NCBI GenBank assembly: GCA_965213675.1
Contig: OZ243916.1
Coordinates: forward strand, 1,472,001 to 1,536,000
Direction: 5' to 3'
Source: an uncultured Candidatus Binatia bacterium
Lineage (GTDB): Bacteria; Desulfobacterota; Binatia; UBA9968; JAJDTQ01
Length of the DNA stretch: 64,000 nucleotides
The notes below the pieces were generated by a model that saw only the letters and a list, made by a program, of their open reading frames with translations, had not been told where the DNA came from and did no database searches. The position numbers and the translations under genes were made by a program. Shown here piece by piece: positions 31,602 through 41,762 of this stretch. The first letter of the stretch is position 1; every line of letters starts with the position of its first letter.

Positions 31602-32798
31602 CTAGGCAAGCGGCTGGTAGATCTCACCGGGCATCTTGGACTTCATTCCTTCCTTGGCCAGGGTCTCTTCGAACTCCTGGCGCAGGAACGGATCCTCGTC
31701 CCGATAGGCGATGGCCGTGCCGCCGTCCTTGATCTCGATGGCGCCGTAGTCGATGGCCTTCTCGCCGGGGCGGCCGCGCTCGCGTCCGGGAGCGTGGGGG
31801 CCGAACCACGCCGACAGCCGCAGGGGCTCCGCGCTCACCCCGAAGTGGGCATGGAACCAGTTGCCGCCCATGGGCGCCGCGCTCACCATGCCCACGGGCT
31901 CGTAGTCCTGCCGCCGCACCCCTTCGGCCTTGCCGTCCTTCCACGGCGTCGGACCCAGGGTGGAGGGCCAAGTGTAGGTGTAGCCCTTGCCCTTGACACA
32001 GATGAGCACCGCAGCGGAGCCGTGGGCGTGGGCCTTGGAGTAGCGGCCGGTCTCGTGCTGGCCGATCCACAGGTAGAAGCTGTTGCCCACCATGTGGGGC
32101 TCGATGCGCCGGTAGCCGGGGGAGCGGCGGTTGTCCAACGGCAACTCGCAGGTGACGATGTCCGGGATGATATTGGTCTGGCGCATGGCCAGCCCGCGCA
32201 CCGGATCGGGCTCGATCTCCTCGTTGGGCTTGTAGTAGTCCTCGGTCTCCTCGTAGCGGTCGGTGAAGACGTAGGGACAGTTGAAGATGAAGTCCGTGTT
32301 GTTGAACAGGTTCATGATGTTGGGCGCCGTGGTCCCGGCCAGCAGCAGCGCCGGACTGGAAGTAGCGTTGACGATGCGATGTGTGGCGTTCACCGGAATG
32401 GCGAACAGCGATCCCTGCTGCCACTCGAAGGTGTGTTTCCTGTTGCTGCCCTCGGCCCACACCTCCGTGGTGCCACGCCCCTCCACCACGAAATACTGCT
32501 CCTCGTACAGGTGCTTCTCCGCGTTCAGCGCGCCGGCCCCCGGAACCTCGACCACGTACGAGCCCCAAAGGCCCTCGGTCCCCAAAAGCTGGATGAAGCT
32601 GGCGTTGCCCCCGAGCTGCTTCCACATCTTCCGGGGCAGGTTCTGCACCTTCTCCACGCCGATGTCCCGGTAGATGGGAATCTCCTGCTCTTCCATGAAG
32701 CTGTCGTAGGCCGTGTTGGGCCTGAGAAACTTCCCGTAGCCCGCCTTCTGCATCTCGCCCGTGGGCTCCTGCCACTTCTCTTTTCCGTTGCCAGCCAT
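31602..32798 (-). CDS. Bicupin protein (gentisate dioxygenase-like fold)
   Basis: EKHLYEE..GRG..H and KAHAH..GKGY..WFHAH metal motifs; start at MAGNGK. Confidence 0.8.
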   Translation of the reverse strand: MAGNGKEKWQEPTGEMQKAGYGKFLRPNTAYDSFMEEQEIPIYRDIGVEKVQNLPRKMWKQLGGNASFIQLLGTEGLWGSYVVEVPGAGALNAEKHLYEEQYFVVEGRGTTEVWAEGSNRKHTFEWQQGSLFAIPVNATHRIVNATSSPALLLAGTTAPNIMNLFNNTDFIFNCPYVFTDRYEETEDYYKPNEEIEPDPVRGLAMRQTNIIPDIVTCELPLDNRRSPGYRRIEPHMVGNSFYLWIGQHETGRYSKAHAHGSAAVLICVKGKGYTYTWPSTLGPTPWKDGKAEGVRRQDYEPVGMVSAAPMGGNWFHAHFGVSAEPLRLSAWFGPHAPGRERGRPGEKAIDYGAIEIKDGGTAIAYRDEDPFLRQEFEETLAKEGMKSKMPGEIYQPLA

Positions 32799-32992
32799 AG
32801 AAATGCCTCCCTGAGATGTATGGTGAACTGACTCAGTCACTCTGTTTGGTGAGTGGCTCAATATAGACAATCGCGTTCCGAGCGTCCAGGGTCGGGGTGG
32901 GGTATCAGCGCAAGCGAGTTTCCCCCGCGAGCCAATTCCGAGGGGCTGCGGGAGCCGGTTAAGACCTCGGCCGCGAGAGTCGCGGAGAGCGG

Positions 32993-33257
32993 TCAGTCGT
33001 CGCCCGGCTCCTGCATCCAGGCAGGAATGTCCCGAGCCCCGTGAAGCACGCGCCACACATCGACCTCCGCTTCGCGCTCGACATGGAAGACCACGTATGG
33101 AAACCCCTTGACGGTACGGCACCGCAGACCGGGGATACCCAGCTCATGCGCATAGCGGGGCGAGCCGCTGGCCGGCTGAACGCCGATCTGCCGGCGAGCA
33201 TCTTCCAGCGCGTCGATGAAGTCGAGCGCAACCGTCGCTCCCGCCTCCGCCAGATAG
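32993..33257 (-). pseudogene. 5'-truncated RelE/ParE toxin
   Basis: YLAEAG..FIDALE..GSPRYAHEL..FPYVVF..VWRVLHGARDI; N-terminus replaced by an IS end. Confidence 0.7.
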
Positions 33258-33344
33258 TGGTCTTGCCTGGGTTTGGTGGACACCTGATAAGAGGCGAAGA
33301 TGGCCTCGGAGGTGACGACCATGACACGGAAGTGAGGTGGTCCC
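33258..33344 (+). mobile_element. Nested IS3-family end remnants
   Basis: TGGTCTTGCCTGGGTTTGGTGGACACC (IS3-like IRL), GGAGG, ATG ACA CGG AAG, then TGAGGTGGTCCC identical to the first 12 bp of the IS3 at 8784. Confidence 0.55.
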
Positions 33345-33468
33345 ACTTCGCGTATGAAAGCGATGCCAGGAAATCGGACGGCAGAATTCCAGCGTAGGTG
33401 GTGCGCCAGCTATCGACGTGGACTCTTGCGCGGGCGGCGGCGACCGCGTGCGCCTCTCTGATGAGCAT
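33345..33468 (-). pseudogene. GNAT acetyltransferase N-terminal stub
   Basis: MLIREA..ARVHVDSWRTTYAGILPSDFLASLS. Confidence 0.7.
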
Positions 33469-33495
33469 AACCCCGTGGACAGTCCCGTGTCAGGG

Positions 33496-33933
33496 TCAGT
33501 CGAAACAGTCCAACCCCGCGGCGGCGACTCCCACCCGGGCGATGTCCTCGTCTTCGTCGGAGGTGCCGCCGCTGACGCCCACGGCGCCCACCACGTCGTC
33601 GCCGTTTCGGATCAACAAACCGCCGGCGGCGGGGACGACCTTGCCGTCAGCCAAGGCGGTGAGGGCGGCGAGGAAGGTCGGGCGCTCGTTGAGGCGGTCG
33701 GCGATGGAGCGGCTGGAGCCGCCCATGCCCAAGGCGCCCCAGGCCTTGCCGATGGCAATCTGCGGGCGCAGGATGCTGGCGCCGTCCTCGCGCTTGAACG
33801 CCTTGAGGTGCCCGCCGTCGTCGAGCACGGCGACGGCCATGGGCCTGAGTTCCAGCCGGCGCGCTTCGGCCAGGGTCTGGTCCACGATGATCCCGGCGTT
33901 TTCAAGGCTCAGTCTCGCGCTGCTTCGTGCCAT
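33496..33933 (-). CDS. GlcG/HbpS heme-binding protein
   Basis: AVAVLDDGGHL..REDGA..IAIGKAWGA..GAVGVSG..DED. Confidence 0.88.
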   Translation of the reverse strand: MARSSARLSLENAGIIVDQTLAEARRLELRPMAVAVLDDGGHLKAFKREDGASILRPQIAIGKAWGALGMGGSSRSIADRLNERPTFLAALTALADGKVVPAAGGLLIRNGDDVVGAVGVSGGTSDEDEDIARVGVAAAGLDCFD

Positions 33934-36889
33934 GGGTCTCCTCCTGTTCCTGTGTCTCCCGGGCTTCCCGGGTTTGTGACGCGACCGCGGCCGTCGCCGG
34001 GGCGCTGCCCCGGCTCTCCACACGCAGCGGAAGCTGTCCCTCCTTGGTCTCTCCCCAGACGACGGTGCGGTACGGGAACGGGATCTCGATGCCGCGTTGG
34101 TCGAACGCCTTCTTGAGACGCCGGTTGTACTCGCGCCCGATGCTCCACTGGCGGCTGGGCCGGGTCTTGAGACGGGCGCGCACGATCACCGCGGAATCCT
34201 CGAAGCGGTCCACGCCCAGGATCTCGATGGGCTCCAGCATGTCCCAACGGAACTGCGGGTCCTGGCGCAAGGCCTCGTCCACCTCCCTCATTACCGCCAC
34301 CACGTCGTCGGTGTCCTCGCGATAGGCCACGCCCACGTCGAGCACGTAGCGGGAGTAGTCCTTGGTCTTGTTCTCCACTTGCTCGATGGTGCTGTTGGGC
34401 ACAAAGTGCACGTTGCCGCCGAGATCGCGGATGCGCACCGAACGCAAGGTGACCTTTTCCACCACGCCGGTGACCCCGCCCACGTCCACGACGTCGCCGG
34501 CGCCCACGCTCCCCTCCGTGAGGATGAACAGGCCATTGATGACGTCCTTGATGAGCGACTGGGCCGCGAAGCCCACCGCCAGGCCGAAGATGCCGACGCC
34601 CGCCAGGAGCGGCCCGGTCTCCACGCCCACGAGTTGCAGGATCAGCAACGCGCCCACCAGCACCACCAGCAGTTTGACCGACGTCTGCGCCAGTGGCGCC
34701 AAAGTCTGGAGCTTCCGCCCCGCCTCGCGGCTGCCCACCCGGTCCAGCACCCGAGGACGCAACAGGCTGAGCACCGTGGCGTTGCTCAGTTTGACGAGGG
34801 CGACCCCGGCCGCGATCACCAGCGCCATCAGCGCCGCCCGCGCCAGCGCGACCTCGCCCGCGGGCGTGCCCAGGAACTCCGACACCGAGAAGCCCCACAC
34901 CTCGAGCAAGGCGACGGCGGTCAGGAGCGCGAGCGGCAGGTCCACCAGCGCCCGCAACGGGATGCCGAGCCTGCCACCGGACACCGGGCCCTCGGACACC
35001 GGCTCGCCCCGACCGGCCGTGACGCCCTTCCACGCCGCGCGCGCCGCGCCCTTGAGGTAGAAGGACAACAACAGCGCCGCCAGGCCCAGGAGTCCGGACG
35101 TCATGATCCGCTGCCACAGAAACTGGGAAGCGTACTGGTAGCCCGTCAGGTTCAGCGCGATGGTTCCGGCCAGCACAGCCACGACCAGGACATGCACCAA
35201 GGGCCATACCGACCACAGAAAACCCTCCTGCGCGCGGCTTTCTCCGAGCACCGCCTGCATGAGGACCCCCCGGCGGCGGCCTCCCACCGCCAACAGCGCC
35301 AGCGCCACCAGCGAGAACGCGATCATGAGCAGGCGCGCCAGCGCCAGGCTCGCGGCCACATCGTCGCCCGGGGCGTTCAGCAGCAAGTGGCGCGGGACCA
35401 GCAGCACGAAAGCGGAAACGGCTCCCGTCACCACCGCGATACGGAGAACGCGGCCGGCCGCCGGCGTGAGCCCCCAACGCCGCTGGCCGTGGCCGTCCGG
35501 ATCGAAGACCGCCTTGCCGAACAGTCCCGCCCACAGGATCAGCGCGGCGAGCCGCGCCGCCTCCGCCGCCACCGGGCCCAGCGCTCCGCTCTGCAACAGC
35601 CCGAATCGCGGCGCCGCCAGAGTGATCAGGACGATGCAGGCCGGCCAAACCGCGCACTGAACGGCCAACAGCAGCGCCACCCGGTGCGCCGGCGCTTCCC
35701 TGCCACGGGCCCGTTGCACCGCCAAGCGCCGCGCCAGAAGCCGCCCGGTTCTCAGCGCCAGCCAAGGGATCAGGCCAAACAGCAGCGCCGCCGCGACCCA
35801 CGGCCCGTAGGAGGTGGCGAAACGGCTTTGGGACATCCGCCGTTCCGACTGAAAGAGCCGGTGCGCCCGGGCCAGCAGAGCGACGCCGCCGTCCAGGGCC
35901 TGCGCCAAGAGGTTCCAGTTGGGCGGCAGCAGACCCACCGGCTCGCGGTTCTGCAGCCACAGCATCTTGCCCAGAACGAACGTGTACAGGCTCTCCAACT
36001 CGTTCTCGCGCTCGCGCTTGAGGTCCGCCAGCCGGGTGGCGTAATCCGCCAGCGCGTCGAGTACCCGCTCCTGGGCCTGAAGCGCATCCCGGCGTTCCTT
36101 GAGAATCCGCTCCAGTTCCGCGCTCTCCCGCTGCGCCGGTCGCTCCGCGGCGAGCGCCCGCATGCGGTCCCGGGCGTCGGAATCCGCCCGGAACAGCAGC
36201 GTGCCCAACTCGAACAAAACCTGCCGGTATTCCCGGAGACGCCGGCGCAACGACTCCTCGCCGGTGGCCCCGGCGGCGCTCCCCTGCCCCCGATGATGGA
36301 ACTTCTCGAGCTCCACCTTGATGTGACGCGCCACCCAGTCACCGGCGCCGTAACGTTCCACCAGGTCGACGAGCCGCTGCTTGTTGCGCATGTCCTGCGC
36401 CGTGAGGCGTTCCTGCGTCGCGAGGGCGGCGCGCACGCTCTCCAATTCCCGTCGGAACGCAAGGGTCTGCTTCTGGAGCTTCAACACACCCAGTTCGATG
36501 GTGCCGAGCAGACTTTCGACCCGCGACAGGCTTTCCGTGAGCCGCCTCTCGATGAAGCCGATGCGATCATCGACCATGGCTTCTTCGAAATCGAAGTTCG
36601 GCGGCGTGTCCCGCGCCGGGGGCGCGGATTCCGCGGCAGCACCCGCGGCTCGCGCGAGCCGCGACGACCGCGCCTCCACTGCCTCGGCGGGTGCGGTCGT
36701 CTGTGCCTGACCGGCTGGAGCCGCTTGCGGCGGCGCCGTCACCGGCGAGGATTCGGGCGTCCCGGAGGGGTCCGCCACCCAACGAGGTTCGACTCCCGAA
36801 GGCGTCTGACCGAAGGCCGCCGGCGCGGCAAGCCCCGCCACGGCCACCATCACGAGCCACAAACCCGCCCGCGGCAACATCGTTCTCAT
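33902..36889 (-). CDS. Large MscS/MscK-like mechanosensitive channel
   Basis: Signal peptide, coiled coil, multiple TMs, GLAVGFAAQSLIKD..G, VPNS. Confidence 0.88.
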   Translation of the reverse strand: MRTMLPRAGLWLVMVAVAGLAAPAAFGQTPSGVEPRWVADPSGTPESSPVTAPPQAAPAGQAQTTAPAEAVEARSSRLARAAGAAAESAPPARDTPPNFDFEEAMVDDRIGFIERRLTESLSRVESLLGTIELGVLKLQKQTLAFRRELESVRAALATQERLTAQDMRNKQRLVDLVERYGAGDWVARHIKVELEKFHHRGQGSAAGATGEESLRRRLREYRQVLFELGTLLFRADSDARDRMRALAAERPAQRESAELERILKERRDALQAQERVLDALADYATRLADLKRERENELESLYTFVLGKMLWLQNREPVGLLPPNWNLLAQALDGGVALLARAHRLFQSERRMSQSRFATSYGPWVAAALLFGLIPWLALRTGRLLARRLAVQRARGREAPAHRVALLLAVQCAVWPACIVLITLAAPRFGLLQSGALGPVAAEAARLAALILWAGLFGKAVFDPDGHGQRRWGLTPAAGRVLRIAVVTGAVSAFVLLVPRHLLLNAPGDDVAASLALARLLMIAFSLVALALLAVGGRRRGVLMQAVLGESRAQEGFLWSVWPLVHVLVVAVLAGTIALNLTGYQYASQFLWQRIMTSGLLGLAALLLSFYLKGAARAAWKGVTAGRGEPVSEGPVSGGRLGIPLRALVDLPLALLTAVALLEVWGFSVSEFLGTPAGEVALARAALMALVIAAGVALVKLSNATVLSLLRPRVLDRVGSREAGRKLQTLAPLAQTSVKLLVVLVGALLILQLVGVETGPLLAGVGIFGLAVGFAAQSLIKDVINGLFILTEGSVGAGDVVDVGGVTGVVEKVTLRSVRIRDLGGNVHFVPNSTIEQVENKTKDYSRYVLDVGVAYREDTDDVVAVMREVDEALRQDPQFRWDMLEPIEILGVDRFEDSAVIVRARLKTRPSRQWSIGREYNRRLKKAFDQRGIEIPFPYRTVVWGETKEGQLPLRVESRGSAPATAAVASQTREARETQEQEETHGTKQRETEP

Positions 36890-36967
36890 TCCAGCTCTCG
36901 CGCGGAATCCGATGACAAGCGGCGTCACCGAACCTTCGCTCCTCGCACGGCATTCCTCAATCTGCTA

Positions 36968-37126
36968 GTGTCGTGTTCCACGTAAATGTTGACGAAGATG
37001 CGCAGGATTTTTCGTTGTCGGCAAGGCGCGATGACGAGCAGTGGCGGTTACCACGCGAGGAAGAGCAACGCAGCCGACGACGTAAAAGACCAGTAGGTTT
37101 GTCAACATTTACGTGGAGCACGACAC
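36968..37126 (+). mobile_element. MITE-like family A copy 2 (followed by the start of a truncated copy at 37129)
   Basis: IR GTGTCGTGTTCCACGTAAATGTTGAC/GTCAACATTTACGTGGAGCACGACAC; shared core; CTAG at left junction. Confidence 0.8.
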
Positions 37127-37181
37127 TCGTGTCGTGTCCGGTTCATCGAACTCTTACTCCACCACTCGCCTCCGATTCAAG

Positions 37182-38600
37182 ATGACATCGCGCGCCGACG
37201 CCCTGCTGCTGGGCACCGCCCTGCTGGTGACGTTTACCACCGGCACCGCCAGCCGCATCTTCGCCATCTCGCTGCCGTCCATCGCCGCGGGCCTGCACAC
37301 CGACATGATCGGCATCTCCTGGGCCTTCATCTCGTACCAGCTCGCCACCGCGGCCCTGTCGCTGGTGTTCGGGCGCGTGGGCGACGTGTACGGCCGCCTG
37401 AGCGTCTACATCTGGGGCATCGTGCTCTTTACCGCAAGTTCGTTCCTGTGCGGGTTGTCCGGGGACATCGCGCAGCTCATCTTCTATCGCGCGCTCCAGG
37501 GCATCGGCGCCGCCATGATCCAGGCCCAGGGACGGGCGCTGGCCATGGACGCGTCCTCGGTGGAGACCCAGGGGCGAGCGCAGGGCCTCATGACCACGGC
37601 GCACCACGGCGGCTTTCTGCTCGGTCCGGGTCTCGGCGGGTTCATCATCCAGTATGTCCACTGGCGCGCCGCCTTCTTTTTCCTCGTCCCTCTCGGCGTC
37701 GCCGCCACCGCCCTGGGACTGGTCTACCAGCGGGGCCGGGAGACCGGCCGCGCGCACACGGCCCGGCCCGCCATCGACTACCTGGGCGCCGCGCTCCTGG
37801 TCGCCGCGACTCTGGCGCTCATGGGGGTCCTCGACCGGCCGTTCATGGAGTGGCTCACGCCGGCGTGGCGCGTCGCCGCGGTCGCAGGGTTCGCGGTGCT
37901 GGCCGCGGGCTTCCTGTGGCGCGAGGGCCGCGCATCAAGCCCCATCCTGAGCCTGGCGCTGTTCCGCAACCGCATGTTCGCCTTCAGCACGGTGACGCTC
38001 TTGCTGGTCACCATCGTCATGACACTGACCGTGTACCTGCTGCCGTTCTACTTGCAGGACGTGCTGCGGTTGAGCCCGTCCTTCATGGGCATTCTGTTCC
38101 TCAGCGCGCCGGTTTTCGCCACCACGCTGTCACCGGCGGGCGGGGTCCTTTCCGACAAGGTCGGCCCGCGCATCCCCGCCACCGCCGGGGCGGCGCTCTT
38201 CGCGCTGTCATGCGTTCTGGGGATCTACTTCGCGCCGGACTCGCACTGGTTGCTGCCGACCTCGGTGCTGGCCCTCGGCGGACTGGGCACCGCCCTTTTC
38301 TTTCCCGCCAACCACACGGCGCTGATCTCCTCCGTGCCGCTGGAGCACCGGGGCGTGGCCACCGGCACACTCTACACCATGTTCGGGCTGGGGAACGTGT
38401 TCGGGATCACCGTGGGAAACTTTCTCATGACCGCGGCCTACCGCATGCACACCGGCATCGCCGGAGCCCTGCCCGCCGCCGAGGACACGGCCCACTTCGT
38501 GTCCGCGCTTCAGGACACGTTCTTCGTCACCACGGGCGTCGCGCTGCTGGGCGTCGCGTGTTCCGTGCTGCGGGGCGCCTCCACGCGGCGTGGCGTGTAG
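37182..38600 (+). CDS. MFS transporter (DHA2-like, ~14 TM)
   Basis: GRVGDVYGR motif A; RALQGIGAA; DYLG. Confidence 0.9.
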   Translation: MTSRADALLLGTALLVTFTTGTASRIFAISLPSIAAGLHTDMIGISWAFISYQLATAALSLVFGRVGDVYGRLSVYIWGIVLFTASSFLCGLSGDIAQLIFYRALQGIGAAMIQAQGRALAMDASSVETQGRAQGLMTTAHHGGFLLGPGLGGFIIQYVHWRAAFFFLVPLGVAATALGLVYQRGRETGRAHTARPAIDYLGAALLVAATLALMGVLDRPFMEWLTPAWRVAAVAGFAVLAAGFLWREGRASSPILSLALFRNRMFAFSTVTLLLVTIVMTLTVYLLPFYLQDVLRLSPSFMGILFLSAPVFATTLSPAGGVLSDKVGPRIPATAGAALFALSCVLGIYFAPDSHWLLPTSVLALGGLGTALFFPANHTALISSVPLEHRGVATGTLYTMFGLGNVFGITVGNFLMTAAYRMHTGIAGALPAAEDTAHFVSALQDTFFVTTGVALLGVACSVLRGASTRRGV

Positions 38601-38633
38601 CGGCTGTCGCCCCTACACGCATCAGTTCCATGA

Positions 38634-38696
38634 GGAGCGCATCGGGCTTATCGAATCTTGGCGAGCGGCAGGGGCCGGTTTCGGGCGGATTGGGGG
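38634..38696 (+). repeat. Degenerate left half of a family B element
   Basis: GGAGCgcaTCGGGcTTATCGAAT..GCGAGcGGCAG..GGCCgGTTTCGGGCGGATT aligns with 29857-29925. Confidence 0.6.
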
Positions 38697-38708
38697 ATGT
38701 CCATCCGG

Positions 38709-39791
38709 CTACAGCAACCGCTGGGGCAGGTTCACGAAAGTGCTCATTTCGTGTGGAAGGGCGGCGGGGGGCGCCTGGCACACGTGGGCCGGACGGAGTT
38801 GGTCGATGCGGGTGACGCCGATGAGGCCCATGGCGATGATGATCTCGTTTTCCAGGAGTTGCAGAGCGCGCACGAGACCCTCGTGACCCGCCGCCCCCAG
38901 GGCCCAGCCCTGGAGCTTGCCGATGGTCACGGCCTTGGCGCCCAGGGCCACGGCCTTGAGCACGTCCGTGCCCCGCAGAAAGCCGCCGTCGATGACGATC
39001 TCGGCCTTGCCGCCCACGGCCTGGACGATCTCCGGGAGCGTGTCCATCGTGCCCTGCCCGTGGTCGAGCTGGCGCCCGCCGTGGTTCGAGATGTAGATGA
39101 CGTCCACGCCGTGCTCCACCGCCATGGCGGCGTCCTCGGCGGTGGCCACGCCCTTCAGGATGAACGGCATCCCGCCGATCTCCTTGATGGCGTCCATGGT
39201 GTCCCAAGTGAGCTTGGCCTGCCACAGGCGGTCCTGGGTGGCGCGCTCCCTGCGCTTGCTGGGCGGCAGCCAACGGTTCATCATCTGCCGCTCGCGGTTG
39301 CTGTAGTGGGCGGAATCCACGGTGAGACAGAGGGCCTTGTAGCCGGACTGCTTGACCCGGCCCAGGATTCCTTCAACCCAATCCAGGCCGCCGCGGATGT
39401 AGAGCTGGAATATCTTGTCCGACGGAGTCGCCGCCGCCGTCTCTTCTAGAGCCGGCTCGGTGACCGAACTCACGAAGTTGACCGTGCCGAACTCGTTGGC
39501 CGCTTTGGCCGCGGCCACGGCGCCCTCCGGCGTGATCTGCTGGAGCGATCCGATGGGGGCCAGCATGACCGGAATGCGCAGCTTGTGGCCGAGCACGCTG
39601 GTGGACGTGTCCACTTCGGACACGTCCACCAGCACCCGCGGGCGGAAGGCCAGCGAATCCAGGGCCAGCCGGTTGCGGCGCATGGTGGTCTCCGACTCGC
39701 TGCCGCCGCTCAGGTAGTCCCAAACCGGCTGGGGCAGGTTGCGCCGCGCCTGTACGATCAGTTCCTGGTTGCTGACGAACTGTTCACTCAT
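38709..39791 (-). CDS. FMN-dependent alpha-hydroxy acid oxidase/dehydrogenase
   Basis: RPRVL, LKGV, SNHGGRQLD, DGG..RGTDVLKA. Confidence 0.92.
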   Translation of the reverse strand: MSEQFVSNQELIVQARRNLPQPVWDYLSGGSESETTMRRNRLALDSLAFRPRVLVDVSEVDTSTSVLGHKLRIPVMLAPIGSLQQITPEGAVAAAKAANEFGTVNFVSSVTEPALEETAAATPSDKIFQLYIRGGLDWVEGILGRVKQSGYKALCLTVDSAHYSNRERQMMNRWLPPSKRRERATQDRLWQAKLTWDTMDAIKEIGGMPFILKGVATAEDAAMAVEHGVDVIYISNHGGRQLDHGQGTMDTLPEIVQAVGGKAEIVIDGGFLRGTDVLKAVALGAKAVTIGKLQGWALGAAGHEGLVRALQLLENEIIIAMGLIGVTRIDQLRPAHVCQAPPAALPHEMSTFVNLPQRLL

Positions 39792-39877
39792 GTTCAAGTC
39801 CTTCCAAACTCATCCGCGCGGCGCCTGCTGCCCCTGGGAGACCGCGCCGCAGGCTCCCAGGGGCAGCACATTCCCGA

Positions 39878-40882
39878 CTACTTCGCCCGCTTCGGGAACA
39901 GCTTCGGCAGGAACTCGTTGGTGTAGACCTCCTCCACCGCCGTCTTTTTCGGAAGCTTCATGTGCTTGGTGATGAGATCGTTGGTGAACACCATGCGATC
40001 CCGGGTCATGTGGCCGATGCCTTCCTTCAAGGCATTGGCGGACAGAAGCGAGTCCACCGCGATGTCGAAGTGCTTCCGCGCCAGGTCCGGGCTGATGGCC
40101 GGGTTGTGCTTGATGAAGATGTCCACGGCCTCCTGCGGGTTCTCCACCGACCAGGCGATGCCCTTGTAGGTGGCCGCCAGGAAGCGTTTCACCAGGTCCG
40201 GCTTGTTCTTGAGGGTATTCTCGGACACCAGCAGCCCGTTGCCGTACGTGGCCATGCCGTGGTCGGCGTAGAGCATGTACAGCGGCGTTTTGCCGACCTT
40301 CTTGGAGGCCGCGTCCACCGTCGGCTTCTCGGTGTAGAAGATCAGGATGGCGTCCACGCGTCCGGCCAGGAGACTCGGCGTGGTGGCCGGCACCGTCATG
40401 TTGACCCAGGTGACCTTCTTGTCATCGAACTTGTTGATGTTGGCGAAGGCCGGAAAGATGACCCGCGAGGCATTGGCCTCGGGCGAGCCGATCTTCTTCC
40501 CCACGAGGTCGGACGGCTTGGTGATCTTGTTCCCCACCAGCGTGGCCACGGTCTCCAGGGTCTTGTCGTGGATCATGCCGACCATCTTGAGCTCGGCGCC
40601 CCGCGACCTGGCCGCGATCATGTTGCCCACCGACGCGAAGCCGAAGTCGTCGGTGCCCGAGGCGATCCGCTTCACGGTGTCGCCGGAGCCGAAGCCCCGG
40701 GTCATCTGCACGTCGAGGCCCGCTTCCTTCCAGAACCCCTTGTCGATGTTCACGTAGAACATGGCGTGCTTGCCGTAGGGGATCCAGTCCAGCGCGAACT
40801 TGACCTTGTCCGCAGCCGATGCGCTGCCGGCGGCGAACAGGTAGACCAGTAAAATCGCAAGGGCGATGGTTATGCGTCTCAT
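39878..40882 (-). CDS. NitT/TauT ABC substrate-binding protein (NMT1/THI5-like)
   Basis: Signal peptide; LDW.P.G.H..KGF..GLDV..G.GS. Confidence 0.88.
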   Translation of the reverse strand: MRRITIALAILLVYLFAAGSASAADKVKFALDWIPYGKHAMFYVNIDKGFWKEAGLDVQMTRGFGSGDTVKRIASGTDDFGFASVGNMIAARSRGAELKMVGMIHDKTLETVATLVGNKITKPSDLVGKKIGSPEANASRVIFPAFANINKFDDKKVTWVNMTVPATTPSLLAGRVDAILIFYTEKPTVDAASKKVGKTPLYMLYADHGMATYGNGLLVSENTLKNKPDLVKRFLAATYKGIAWSVENPQEAVDIFIKHNPAISPDLARKHFDIAVDSLLSANALKEGIGHMTRDRMVFTNDLITKHMKLPKKTAVEEVYTNEFLPKLFPKRAK

Positions 40883-40922
40883 TTCGTGTACCTCCCGATT
40901 TAGAGTTTCTTTTACGACCTCA

Positions 40923-41711
40923 TTACAGATACTGCAGCCCGATGGTCTTCCCCACCTCCCTCACACATTCGGTGAACTCCGCCGACAGCCGCATCTCCGG
41001 GGTCCGGGGCCGCGGCAGTCCGATGTCGATGATGTCGGTGATGCGGCCTGGCCGGGGCGTCATCACCATGACCCGGTCCGCCAGGAAAACCGCTTCCGGG
41101 ATGCTGTGGGTGATGAGCAGGCTGGTCTTTTTCTTTTCGCTCCAGATGCGCTGAAGCTCCATGTTCATCTCGCCCCGGGTCATGGCGTCCAGGGCGCCAA
41201 AGGGCTCGTCCAGCAACAGCAGCGAGGGGTCGTGCACCAGCGCCCGGCTGATGGACGCGCGCTGCTGCATGCCGCCGGACAGCTCCCGCGGGTACTTGTC
41301 CTTGAACTCCGTGAGACCGGTCAGCTCCAGCAACTCCAGGGCCTTGGGATAGTATTCCTCCCTGGACAGGCCCAGTATCTCCACCGGCAACAGGACATTG
41401 TCGATGACCGTGCGCCACTGGAACAGCACCGGGGTCTGGAACACGATGCCGGTGCTCGACTTGGGCCCGGTCACCGGGGCGCCGTTCACCAGCACCTCGC
41501 CGCGGGTCTTGTCGAGCAGACCCGCGATGATCTTCATGATGGTGGTCTTGCCGCAGCCGCTGTGACCGACCAGGGATATGAACTCCTGCTCGTAGACCTC
41601 GAACGAGGCGTCCTCCAACGCGACGATGGGGGCATCCTTGGAAGGATACACCTTGGTGAGGTTCCTGACCTCGATGGCTTTCCCGGTTTCCGTCATCGAT
41701 TTCGGTTCCAA
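40923..41711 (-). CDS. NitT/TauT ABC ATP-binding protein
   Basis: GHSGCGKT, LSGGMQQR, LLDEPFGALD. Confidence 0.93.
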   Translation of the reverse strand: MEPKSMTETGKAIEVRNLTKVYPSKDAPIVALEDASFEVYEQEFISLVGHSGCGKTTIMKIIAGLLDKTRGEVLVNGAPVTGPKSSTGIVFQTPVLFQWRTVIDNVLLPVEILGLSREEYYPKALELLELTGLTEFKDKYPRELSGGMQQRASISRALVHDPSLLLLDEPFGALDAMTRGEMNMELQRIWSEKKKTSLLITHSIPEAVFLADRVMVMTPRPGRITDIIDIGLPRPRTPEMRLSAEFTECVREVGKTIGLQYL

Positions 41712-41762
41712 ACTCGATACGCCGCAATCTGGCTGGATACCTCCCGTCCGCCCGCAGCCGGC

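Noticed and set aside
34097-36985. Long antisense and alternative-frame ORFs (e.g. 34097-36985, 43045-45087, 53517-55631, 22147-24060)
   Set aside because: Shadow ORFs of high-GC genes that overlap well-supported CDSs and have no motifs.
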